From an uncultured Deferribacteres bacterium (GTDB lineage Bacteria > Zhuqueibacterota > Zhuqueibacteria > Zhuqueibacterales > Geothermadaptataceae), in the NCBI GenBank assembly GCA_964014485.1, contig CAXHAT010000245.1, forward strand, positions 1-10,201: DNA of 10,201 nucleotides. Reading direction: 5' to 3'. Under the pieces are notes generated by a model. That model searched no databases and was not told the DNA's origin. It saw only the letters and a list, made by a program, of their open reading frames with translations. Within the stretch, counting starts at the first letter, position 1, and each line of letters opens with the position of its first letter. The position numbers and the translations under genes are program-made. Positions 1 through 7,132 of this stretch are shown here, one piece after another.

Positions 1-51
1 AGATCTACACCAAGACGCTCGTCGGCAGCGTCAGATGTGTATAAGAGACAG
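1..51 (+). other. Illumina Nextera i5/Read1 adapter (sequencing artefact)
   Basis: AGATCTACAC (3' end of P5, 1-10), then an 8-nt index CAAGACGC (11-18), TCGTCGGCAGCGTC (19-32) and the Tn5 mosaic end AGATGTGTATAAGAGACAG (33-51). This is the exact adapter layout. Confidence 0.99.
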
Positions 52-88
52 AGCCCACAGGCTCAATCTTGCGCCCATAGAAACGCCG

Positions 89-1993
89 TCATTCAATTCC
101 GCCGCCCGGCAAGCGAATGTCGCCGTTGCGGACAGTGATTTCTTTCGCGTCGAAATAATTTAGCAGCGGCAAGGCGAATTTCCGGGTCGCGCCTTGAACA
201 AGCTCTTTAAATTGGGGCACGGTAATTTGCCCGTTCTCGCGCAGGAAGTCGATCAATCGCAGCTTGGCTTCTTCGAGCCGTTTCGCGTGAATAAAAATGT
301 CGCCGTCGAACCGTACGGCTTTTTTTTGCGCCAGCAGAACGGCCAGGATCATCCCCGATTCATTTTCAGCAACGCCAACCGTTGCAGCAAGCTCGCTTGG
401 CGATTGTGTTGCGTACGCTTGGTCGTAAAGCAAAGCGTCGATTTTGGCGCGCATGGGTTCGAGCTTTTCCGGCAGCCGAATGGAAAAATTGGACAACGCG
501 ACCAACCCGTCTATCTCTTTAATCAAACCTTCTGACCCGAGTCGATCAAAAACGAATTGCGCCACATGCGGCAAAATCCGGCCGGCCAGCCGTTGCGGCA
601 ATTCCGCTTTTTTGAGGCCCGGGATTATTGGATTTTCCAGGTGAAATTCTTCGAGAATGCGCAGCGCTTGCCGTTGCAGACTCTCGAGCGTTTTCGCGTG
701 AGTGAAACTCTTTTTGCTCAACGCCACGACGGCGCCCTTCTCAATCATCCCTTCCACGACCGGCTTCACCATTTCGCTTGACATGCCGGTTTTTCTTACC
801 AAGTCATCTACACTCAGCGTCGCCTGCTCCGCCGCAAGAAACTGTTCAGCGATCAGTTCTTCCGGCTCTTCTTTTTCCAATCCCCGAAGGCGATTGATAG
901 CGTTCTCGTCCTTGCGTCGGAAAGGCTTGGCGTTTGCGTCAAGAACAACGCCGCCGCCGATGGTTCTCTGGGGCGAATATTGGCGCAATACAAAGGGATC
1001 GAGACGACGCACGGCGATGCTTTCTTCCAGAGTGAATTGAACGTAGCCTTCGCCGCCCGCCGGGATGTGCTCCGCGCCAATCGGGTTCGTGCGCGCCATA
1101 ACTTCCGCCGTGCCAATGTGCAAACGCACGCGCGTGTTCAATTTGAGCGGGATAGCGTCCTTGAGCAATTTCACTTTTCCGTGAATCCGGCGGCTCGATT
1201 TGAAATAACCTGAAGTCGCGAGCACATCGCCGCGCTGAACATTTTCTTTGTCGACGCCCTGCAAATTAATTGCGGCGCGGTCGCCCGTAGCCGCCGACTC
1301 CGAGCTTGCCCCGTGCTTTTGCAGGCCGCGGACGCGCGCCTTTTCGCCGCGAGGTAAAATATCCACCACATCGCCGACGGCGACTTTGCCGGAAAGCAAC
1401 GATCCCGTCACCACCGTGCCAAAACCGTGCATTGAAAAGCAGCGGTCGACAGGCAGCCAAAAAACGCCTCGGTCGTGGCGCGGCGGCAACTTGGCGAGGA
1501 AAGCGTCAATTTTTTGTTTGAGCTCGGCGACGCCCTCGTTTTCAATCGCGGAAACGGCGACGATTTCGGCGTTTTCGAGGATGGTGTCCCGCACGAGTTC
1601 TCGCACATCTTCCGTCACCAATTCCAGCCACTCTTCGTCGACGAGGTCTTTTTTGGTGATCACGATGACGCCGCCGCGAATTTGAAGAATGTTCAAAATG
1701 TCCAGATGCTCGCGCGTCTGCGGCATGACGCCGTCGTCCGCGGCAATGACGAATAAAACGAGATCAATCGTTGAAACGCCGGCGACCATATTTTTGATGA
1801 ATTTTTCATGCCCCGGCACGTCGATAATGGTCGCGTTTTCGCCCATGTGCGCAAAGCCGATATCTATCGTCAGGCCGCGCTCCCGCTCTTCCTTGAGACG
1901 ATCCGTGTCGACATTCGTCAACGCTTTGACAAGCGCTGTTTTGCCGTGATCGATATGTCCGGCTGTGCCGAGAATAAAATGTCGGTCACTCAC
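89..1993 (-). CDS. selB: Selenocysteine-specific translation elongation factor SelB
   Basis: G1 [56 protein letters not shown]-Tu-like barrels, and C-terminal winged-helix SECIS-binding motif [13 protein letters not shown]. Start placed at GTG 1993 (GAGGTG SD, GTGA overlap with upstream stop); the ORF track's start at 2002 is the alternative. Confidence 0.97.
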   Translation of the reverse strand: MSDRHFILGTAGHIDHGKTALVKALTNVDTDRLKEERERGLTIDIGFAHMGENATIIDVPGHEKFIKNMVAGVSTIDLVLFVIAADDGVMPQTREHLDILNILQIRGGVIVITKKDLVDEEWLELVTEDVRELVRDTILENAEIVAVSAIENEGVAELKQKIDAFLAKLPPRHDRGVFWLPVDRCFSMHGFGTVVTGSLLSGKVAVGDVVDILPRGEKARVRGLQKHGASSESAATGDRAAINLQGVDKENVQRGDVLATSGYFKSSRRIHGKVKLLKDAIPLKLNTRVRLHIGTAEVMARTNPIGAEHIPAGGEGYVQFTLEESIAVRRLDPFVLRQYSPQRTIGGGVVLDANAKPFRRKDENAINRLRGLEKEEPEELIAEQFLAAEQATLSVDDLVRKTGMSSEMVKPVVEGMIEKGAVVALSKKSFTHAKTLESLQRQALRILEEFHLENPIIPGLKKAELPQRLAGRILPHVAQFVFDRLGSEGLIKEIDGLVALSNFSIRLPEKLEPMRAKIDALLYDQAYATQSPSELAATVGVAENESGMILAVLLAQKKAVRFDGDIFIHAKRLEEAKLRLIDFLRENGQITVPQFKELVQGATRKFALPLLNYFDAKEITVRNGDIRLPGGGIE

Positions 1994-2478
1994 TTTTCCC
2001 ACCTCACCTGGACGCCAAAAATCAACATGTGTCGTGTAAATCCGCCGAGATTGCCTTTGAATTTTTGAAATTGATATTCAGTACGAATAAATGTGGTTTT
2101 GCCCAAAGGAAAAAGCCCGCCGCAGCCGAGATGGAAAAGCGGCTTTGTTTCAGAAAACGGTCCTGTGAATTGCGTCTCAGCGCCGCCGCCGGCCAAAAGA
2201 AACGGCGTCCATTTGGGTTGAGGCCAATCTTTGCGCAGACTCAAAGCGTAAAAAAAAGCCGCAGTGCGCTTTTCGTAATCAAGCGCGACTGGCGTTTCGA
2301 TAAAAAGGTTTGGAATTAGCGGAATTGCGGGACGCAGGAACAGCGTAGCACTGGCCGCACCGCCGCTTACTCGCAGCGCCGCCGAGAATGAAGTCTCAAA
2401 AAAAGGCTTTGGATTTTGGGAAAAAACAGGCGGGCACAACGAAGCGATAAAAAGCGCGACGAGGCATTTTCTTTTCAT
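1990..2478 (-). CDS. Putative small outer-membrane beta-barrel protein (162 aa)
   Basis: Signal peptide MKRKCLVALFIASLCPPVFS, amphipathic strands (TPFLLAGGG, FHLGCGG, FIRTEYQF) and near-terminal strand LIFGVQVRW. ATG 2478 overlaps the upstream TGA (ATGA). Confidence 0.65.
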   Translation of the reverse strand: MKRKCLVALFIASLCPPVFSQNPKPFFETSFSAALRVSGGAASATLFLRPAIPLIPNLFIETPVALDYEKRTAAFFYALSLRKDWPQPKWTPFLLAGGGAETQFTGPFSETKPLFHLGCGGLFPLGKTTFIRTEYQFQKFKGNLGGFTRHMLIFGVQVRWEK

Positions 2479-3527
2479 TCCCCGACGCTGCTCCACGCTT
2501 TCCTCAGCTCATCCTCCGCCGGGCCGTTCAGCGGCGGATAATCGCCGCGAGCATTGCGAATGACCGTGTCCCAGCGCCACCAATGCACGCCTTTGATCCA
2601 CTCGATTCCACTCACGGCGCGCAATGCGGCTTTGTAACAGTCGGCCTGCTCGTCTACGTCAATGGAAGTGCGCATATTAAAATCATAGGGGCGCGTGTTC
2701 GTTCCATTTCTGCTGGTGTAACCGATTTCGGTAAAAATCACATCCTTGCCGATCTTTTCATGCCAATTTTCGAGGCGATTTATCCAAAATTGCCACCCTG
2801 CCGCCAAATCAACTTGTGAAGGATTTTTGAGGTCAGTCAAAGGGAAATAGGCGTTGATTCCGGCGAAGTCCAGAGCTTCCCAAAAATCGATGCGTTCGAA
2901 TTCGTTCCAACTTGCCGAGTATAAGATTTTCCCTGAAAAGACGCCGCGAACTTCAGCAATAAGCTCACGCCACTTTTGGTCTTGCCGATTAAGTGAAACA
3001 AGCTCAACGCCGACGATAAACTGCTCGACGTCCAATTCTTCAGCCATCGTGGCGTAGTGCATGATAAAATCGCGATAGTTTTCGAACCAAACGTCAAGAG
3101 AATCAGGCTTGATATGCCCGCGCCATTGTCCGTTGTTAAGATCGACGTGAGGCTTGAGCGTAATTTTCATATTCTCGTTTCGCGCTTGAGCGATCATTCC
3201 GCGCACAAACGGATCGCCCGGACTGCGAGCGACATTGAAAACAATATTGTGAGCTCGCTCATCACTTTGGTAGCCGGTAACCACAATCGTCGCCCACTCG
3301 ACGCCGACGGTTTTGAGCCGGGAGAGACTCGCTTCTGATCGTGAATTCCCCATACAGGCGTCTGACCAGCAAGCGAGCGTCATGCCTTTTTGAAAATCGG
3401 GGCGTGTTATCGCGGGGGGCGTATCGGCGGGGAATTTATTGCAAGCGTAGAATTGCGAAGCGGCGGAGGTAAAAAACAAGAGCCAGGTAAAAGCGATGGA
3501 TTTTCGCCTGTGTGCATTTTGGGCCAA
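2475..3527 (-). CDS. Glycoside hydrolase family 113 (beta-mannanase-like TIM barrel), probably exported or lipid-anchored
   Basis: Motifs LKPHVD..GQWRG, WFENYRDFIMHYA, GVEL (acid/base Glu), YSASW, FWEALDFAGINAYFPL, FTEIGY (nucleophile Glu), GVHWWRW. Start uncertain: TTG 3527 gives a normal-length signal ending FYA-C; ATG 3629 and 3674 are alternatives. Confidence 0.85.
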   Translation of the reverse strand: MAQNAHRRKSIAFTWLLFFTSAASQFYACNKFPADTPPAITRPDFQKGMTLACWSDACMGNSRSEASLSRLKTVGVEWATIVVTGYQSDERAHNIVFNVARSPGDPFVRGMIAQARNENMKITLKPHVDLNNGQWRGHIKPDSLDVWFENYRDFIMHYATMAEELDVEQFIVGVELVSLNRQDQKWRELIAEVRGVFSGKILYSASWNEFERIDFWEALDFAGINAYFPLTDLKNPSQVDLAAGWQFWINRLENWHEKIGKDVIFTEIGYTSRNGTNTRPYDFNMRTSIDVDEQADCYKAALRAVSGIEWIKGVHWWRWDTVIRNARGDYPPLNGPAEDELRKAWSSVGE

Positions 3528-3615
3528 GCTTAGCGCTCTGAAAAGCGCTGGACGGGTGGAAGAAGCGCGTCGATTTTTCTTTGGAAGCACGGGTATTGAA
3601 TTTTGAAAAAGCGTT

Positions 3616-3711
3616 CTACTCAGAAGCATCGTCGTCCCGATTTTTCCTTTTGCGAAGCTGCGAAACAAGCACAATGATAAAAATGATCGCGAGAATAAAC
3701 ATGAAATCCAT
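3616..3711 (-). CDS. Small single-pass membrane peptide, 31 aa (MDFMFILAIIFIIVLVSQLRKRKNRDDDASE)
   Basis: GGAGG SD (3721-3717) 5 nt before ATG 3711, TAG stop at 3618-3616, hydrophobic helix followed by a basic RKRKNR patch. Too short to appear in the ORF track. Confidence 0.65.
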   Translation of the reverse strand: MDFMFILAIIFIIVLVSQLRKRKNRDDDASE

Positions 3712-3737
3712 AGCGCCCTCCGTTCGCAAAAATCAGT

Positions 3738-3946
3738 AACTCTCTACCTGACACTTTTGTGAACTGCATTTTCGAGCCGTCGCAAGGCCCCCCGTTTTGT
3801 CATTCTGCAGGAATCTTTGTTATCGTCCAGTACAGATTATGCTCAAAAATTCAAGAGTCGGATCAAAAAAGATGCTTCCAACATGACAATTCCGGCCTTT
3901 TTCGCCAGCTTTGGAAGCCTATACAAAAAGTGTCAGGTAGTGAATT
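3738..3946. mobile_element. MITE/REPIN-like non-autonomous element with nested inverted repeats
   Basis: Perfect 15-bp IR CTACCTGACACTTTT (3744-3758) / AAAAGTGTCAGGTAG (3926-3940), extendable to 21 bp with 2 mismatches. Flanked by direct CAGT (3734-3737 and 3947-3950). Inner inverted pair of TGTC-tagged mini-hairpins at 3797-3818 and 3868-3889. Confidence 0.7.
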
Positions 3947-3988
3947 CAGTAACTATCGACTGGACCCAAGCTACGAATCTCTATCTCC

Positions 3989-4008
3989 AAAACGCAAATC
4001 TTTTGCGC
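3989..4008 (-). terminator. Possible weak intrinsic terminator after the dioxygenase-like gene
   Basis: Minus strand GCGCAAA-AGA-TTTGCGT followed by TTT, immediately after the TGA at 4010. Confidence 0.4.
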
Positions 4009-4009
4009 A

Positions 4010-4591
4010 TCATTCCCCCGAATCTTTTGGAGGCTTCAGCTTTAAAATGAGGTCATACCGACTTTGCCAGATCCCATTTTCGTCTTTCTCAATTTTTCGA
4101 ATCGCAAAAAAGCCGCCGCGCTCCTTGGCTCGTTCTCTTGCCCTGCTTGAAATCAGTGGATCGCCCTCAAACAGCAGCTCGAATTCTTGTTCAAATCCAT
4201 TCGGCCCGTAAACTTCATAATGCACATGCGCCGCAACGGTTTGGCCAGGGTAAGAGGCGGGCCGAATGGTGCGGTACAGGTATTCGCCGTTGTCGTTGGT
4301 GATCATGTCGCCCTTCAAGCGATGGCCCTTGCCGGTTTTGGAATAAACGCCTTCAGCGTCGGTGTGGTAAACGTGTACACGAATTCCCTGCAACGGCGTC
4401 TTGCCGTCAGAAGCTAAAACCCTTCCGCGAACGACCATTGTCTCGCCAGGTTCATTTTTCTCGGTGATTTGAATTTGCCAGCTCTTTTCTCCTTCTTCAT
4501 TCTGAGACAAAGCGCTGTTAGAAAATGAGCTGCTCACTATGAGAACGATTGCAAGACAGACGAAATAGAAAAGGTTCTTCAAAAAACGCAT
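4010..4591 (-). CDS. Secreted intradiol ring-cleavage dioxygenase-like protein (protocatechuate 3,4-dioxygenase fold)
   Basis: EPGETMVVRGRV, YHTDAEGVY, LKG...T..NGEY.YRTIRPASYP, AAHVHY give the 2-Tyr/2-His Fe ligand pattern. N-terminal signal peptide. SD AAGGAGGT (4603-4596) precedes ATG 4591. Confidence 0.85.
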   Translation of the reverse strand: MRFLKNLFYFVCLAIVLIVSSSFSNSALSQNEEGEKSWQIQITEKNEPGETMVVRGRVLASDGKTPLQGIRVHVYHTDAEGVYSKTGKGHRLKGDMITNDNGEYLYRTIRPASYPGQTVAAHVHYEVYGPNGFEQEFELLFEGDPLISSRARERAKERGGFFAIRKIEKDENGIWQSRYDLILKLKPPKDSGE

Positions 4592-4601
4592 CGTGACCTC
4601 C

Positions 4602-4618
4602 TTCGACAAGATGTCGAA
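4602..4618. promoter_or_regulatory. Perfect palindrome, candidate repressor operator
   Basis: TTCGACA-AGA-TGTCGAA, overlapping the 5' edge of the dioxygenase SD. Confidence 0.45.
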
Positions 4619-4694
4619 CTTTGTCCTGAAGAGCGCTGAAAATGCTCCTCGATTATCGTTTTAAAAAGAACCTTTTTCTTGTCTCACGTTGCAA

Positions 4695-4720
4695 GCTCTT
4701 GAGAAAAACCCCTCAAAAGC
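4695..4720 (-). terminator. Stem-loop after the lipoprotein gene (terminator or mRNA-stabilising hairpin)
   Basis: Minus strand GCTTTTGAGG...TCTCAAGAGC forms a 10-bp stem with two G-U pairs, 9 nt after the stop. The U-tail is poor. Confidence 0.45.
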
Positions 4721-4729
4721 GCGTGATTT

Positions 4730-5566
4730 TTAGTTGCCGCAATCAACATCATCTTGCGAGGCGTCCCAGCACGATTTCTCGCCGCCTTTATAATCCGGGG
4801 CCGTAATCGAGCCTTCGCCGGTGGAAGCGTTCCACTCGATGAGCGTTGTGGCAGACGCGGAGTTGTCGAAGTATGAAACGGAACGCAAGTCGCCGTCGAC
4901 GTTGTAGGTTAACTTGTCGCCGTTGGCGTCAACGTCCGGCTTTTTGTTGGTGAATTCAAGAGTGGCCTGTTCTTCAGAGGGATGGCTCCAATCGATTTGC
5001 AGAAGTTCAACTTGCGTGTCCGGCGATTGCGGGTCATAAATGTGCCAGACGCCGGAAGAATTGTCAAATTTGGCGCGGCCTTCGTACCACAGGAAATTTT
5101 CCAGCGCAGGGTTTGCGTTCGAATTGGTGATGCGCATTTCCCAGATGGATTCCTGATTCTGCAAGTCGAGCGTGCCCGCCAAGTCGGCTTGCCAATTCTG
5201 ACCGTTGGCGGTTTCCGTGTAAGTCCAGTGCCAATAGCCGTCTTCTTTTAATTCAGGCTCAACGGTAAAAGCTTTTGCCAGCACTGCAACCGGAATGGCA
5301 AGAACCACGACGGTTGCCGTATTTGCAAGCAAAACGCGAACGGCGGCATTGGCAAAGTTTTGCTTCGTGAAAGCGTCCGCAGACTTGGGCAAAGCCGCGT
5401 TATCGTTATCAAACAAGGAAAAATCAACTGACATCGAAGAAATCGGCGGCAGTTCCGGCGCTTCGTCCGGGTTTGGGCTGCTCGGGTTTTCGGTGCAAGC
5501 GAACATCGCAAGGTGCGCGGTGATAAGCGTGTAAACGAAAATCTTCCTGATCATTGAATATTGCAT
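4730..5566 (-). CDS. Uncharacterised lipoprotein (278 aa), beta-rich
   Basis: Signal peptide with lipobox-like MFA-C, Pro/Ser linker, Trp-rich beta strands, C-terminal Cys pair (SCWD...VDC). SD AGGGAG at 5579-5574. Confidence 0.8.
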   Translation of the reverse strand: MQYSMIRKIFVYTLITAHLAMFACTENPSSPNPDEAPELPPISSMSVDFSLFDNDNAALPKSADAFTKQNFANAAVRVLLANTATVVVLAIPVAVLAKAFTVEPELKEDGYWHWTYTETANGQNWQADLAGTLDLQNQESIWEMRITNSNANPALENFLWYEGRAKFDNSSGVWHIYDPQSPDTQVELLQIDWSHPSEEQATLEFTNKKPDVDANGDKLTYNVDGDLRSVSYFDNSASATTLIEWNASTGEGSITAPDYKGGEKSCWDASQDDVDCGN

Positions 5567-5620
5567 GGTTCATCTCCCTATGCGTTTATAAAAACCAGTT
5601 ACTTGGTCACACCGTCTTTG

Positions 5621-5636
5621 GCAAGGGGCGTGCCAA
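5621..5636 (-). promoter_or_regulatory. Sigma-54 (RpoN) -24/-12 promoter for the lipoprotein gene
   Basis: Minus strand TTGGCAC-GCCCC-TTGC matches TGGCAC-N5-TTGC exactly. It is intergenic, correctly oriented and 55 nt upstream of the ATG. Confidence 0.8.
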
Positions 5637-5685
5637 TTGGCCTAAGATCGTTTCTGAGAAAATTATAGCCTGAGATTTTCCAGGG

Positions 5686-5731
5686 AGTGTGGTCACAGTC
5701 AGAGGCGAGTGTGAAAAAAGTCAACAGTGTG
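5686..5731. promoter_or_regulatory. Candidate upstream activator (bEBP) sites
   Basis: AGTGTG-N5-AGTCA at 5686 and 5708 (22-bp period), a third AGTGTG at 5726, and TGT-N11-ACA at 5710-5726. These lie about 80-120 bp upstream of the expected sigma-54 start site. Confidence 0.4.
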
Positions 5732-5777
5732 GTTATTCGGCAGCGGCAGAGGAAGCGGCAGGTTCGAATCGAAAAAT

Positions 5778-6863
5778 TTACTCAGAACGTTTTTTGGCGT
5801 TGATAACCCTGCGAATTTCTTTATGCAGGCGCTTGTTTTTTCGTTTTTGATCGAGCATCGCGCGCTGGTCTTGTCGCGCCGCCAAGCTCGCCAACTCTTT
5901 CTGCAATTTTTTGAAACTGAGATATCGCTTTTCCTCAAGGTCCCCGTCTTCAAGCGCCGCCAAGACGGCGCAGCCCGGCTCGTTGTCGTGCAGACAATCT
6001 CGAAATCGGCACGAACCGGCCAAGGCGTGAATCTCTTCAAAAGTCTCCTCAAGACCTTCGCCGCCTTCCCAAAGCTGCAGTTCTCTCATGCCCGGAGTGT
6101 CAATGATAAGCGCGCCCGACGGCAGGCGAAATAATTCGCGATGCGTTGTTGTGTGGCGGCCCCTGCTGTCAATCTCACGCACCTCGCGGACTTCCTGAAT
6201 CACTTCTCCGTAAAGTCGATTCAAAAGTGTGGATTTGCCGACGCCGGAAGGGCCCAAAAGCGCACCTGTTTGCCCAGGCGTGAGTTGCGAAAGAACTTCA
6301 CTCACCGCGTCTCCGGTCAATGCGCTAACCGCCGTCACCGGCACGCCCAGAGCGATGTCTTCAACTCTTGACAATTCCTCTTCCAGATTTTCGCAAAGGT
6401 CTTTTTTGTTGAGAATAATCGCCGGGCTCGCTCCGCTGTCCCATGCAAGCGTCAAATAGCGCTCAATACTGCGAATGTTGACTGCTTTGTTCAGGCTCGA
6501 GACCAGAAACACTTTGTCGATATTTGCAGCGACGATCTGTTCTTCCGTTTTGACGCCCGCCGTTTTACGGGAAAATTTGCTTTTGCGAGGCAAGACGGCG
6601 TGAATAACGCCCTTGCGCTCTTCTTCATTAAACTGAAAAACCGCCCAATCCCCGACGGCCGGGAGGTCTATCTTTCCTCGTGCAGAATAATGCAGTTTGC
6701 CGCTTGCCTCCGCGGCGATCTCGCCAAATTGGCTAAGCAGACGAAACGCTTTGCGATGCTCAAGCATCACGCGTCCAACGAAATATCCTTTCCCCTCAAA
6801 ATCAGAAAAGGACGCTTCGAAAAACGAATTCCAGCCAAAATTTTCTAACGCTTGATCATCCAC
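5778..6863 (-). CDS. rsgA: Ribosome small subunit-dependent GTPase A
   Basis: OB-fold PAVGDW, EQIVAANID, circularly permuted GTPase motifs NKKD, GPSGVGKSTL, GRHTTT, DTPGMREL, and zinc finger CRFRDCLHDNEPGC. Start is GTG 6863 or the ORF track's 6911. Confidence 0.96.
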   Translation of the reverse strand: MDDQALENFGWNSFFEASFSDFEGKGYFVGRVMLEHRKAFRLLSQFGEIAAEASGKLHYSARGKIDLPAVGDWAVFQFNEEERKGVIHAVLPRKSKFSRKTAGVKTEEQIVAANIDKVFLVSSLNKAVNIRSIERYLTLAWDSGASPAIILNKKDLCENLEEELSRVEDIALGVPVTAVSALTGDAVSEVLSQLTPGQTGALLGPSGVGKSTLLNRLYGEVIQEVREVREIDSRGRHTTTHRELFRLPSGALIIDTPGMRELQLWEGGEGLEETFEEIHALAGSCRFRDCLHDNEPGCAVLAALEDGDLEEKRYLSFKKLQKELASLAARQDQRAMLDQKRKNKRLHKEIRRVINAKKRSE

Positions 6864-6929
6864 AGGTGATACTCGTAAAACTGAACATGTCAAAAACGGG
6901 TTTTGTCCCACTGCTCACTCAGAGAAATC

Positions 6930-6958
6930 AAAATAGAGGAAAAATCTTATTGTGTCAA
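6930..6958 (-). promoter_or_regulatory. Sigma-70-type promoter for rsgA
   Basis: TTGACA (6958-6953), 17-nt spacer, TATTTT (6935-6930). Confidence 0.6.
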
Positions 6959-7082
6959 TATTTTAGGCGAGATCATCATCGGGAAGGTGAATGCTCGGCT
7001 AACCAAAAAGCAGGCGATAAATTTGAATAAAACGCCTCGCGCTTAAAACCCGCGGTCAACTGTCAGGTGAACCGGGACCTCG

Positions 7083-7127
7083 AAAATGGAGCGACGGCGC
7101 TTCGACAGGCGCGCCGAACGCTCCGTT
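7083..7127 (-). terminator. GC-rich hairpin after the membrane-protein gene, probable terminator
   Basis: GGAGCG/CGCTCC (7088-7093, 7119-7124) plus CGGCGC/GCGCCG (7095-7100, 7111-7116). On the minus strand it is followed by ATTTT and begins just after the stop at 7133. Confidence 0.6.
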
Positions 7128-7132
7128 CAAAA

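Noticed and set aside
33..51. Tn5/IS50 transposon end
   Set aside because: It is the synthetic mosaic end embedded in a full Illumina adapter with index.
194..2319. Many antisense and alternate-frame ORFs over selB and the barrel gene (likewise over rsgA, GH113 and others)
   Set aside because: Shadow ORFs of well-supported genes, with no motifs.
3528..3674. N-terminal extension of GH113 in the ORF track
   Set aside because: It would bury the signal peptide about 60 residues in and overlap the better-supported 31-aa ORF. Not fully excluded.
3971..4012. Selenocysteine read-through of the dioxygenase TGA (UGA-UGC followed by a hairpin, with selB nearby)
   Set aside because: The stem starts right after the stop and ends in Us like a terminator. 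The domain is already complete and read-through adds only a short tail. The other TGA stops checked (2475, 1990, 9321) are explained by start/stop overlaps.
3759..4211. Plus-strand ORFs 3759-4211 and 3817-4050
   Set aside because: They run through the repeat element and antisense into the dioxygenase gene, with no RBS or transposase motif.
7021..7130. tmRNA or tRNA-Sec (TTCGAC motif in a GC-rich structure)
   Set aside because: No cloverleaf, acceptor stem with CCA or tag reading frame could be built. A single hairpin explains the structure.
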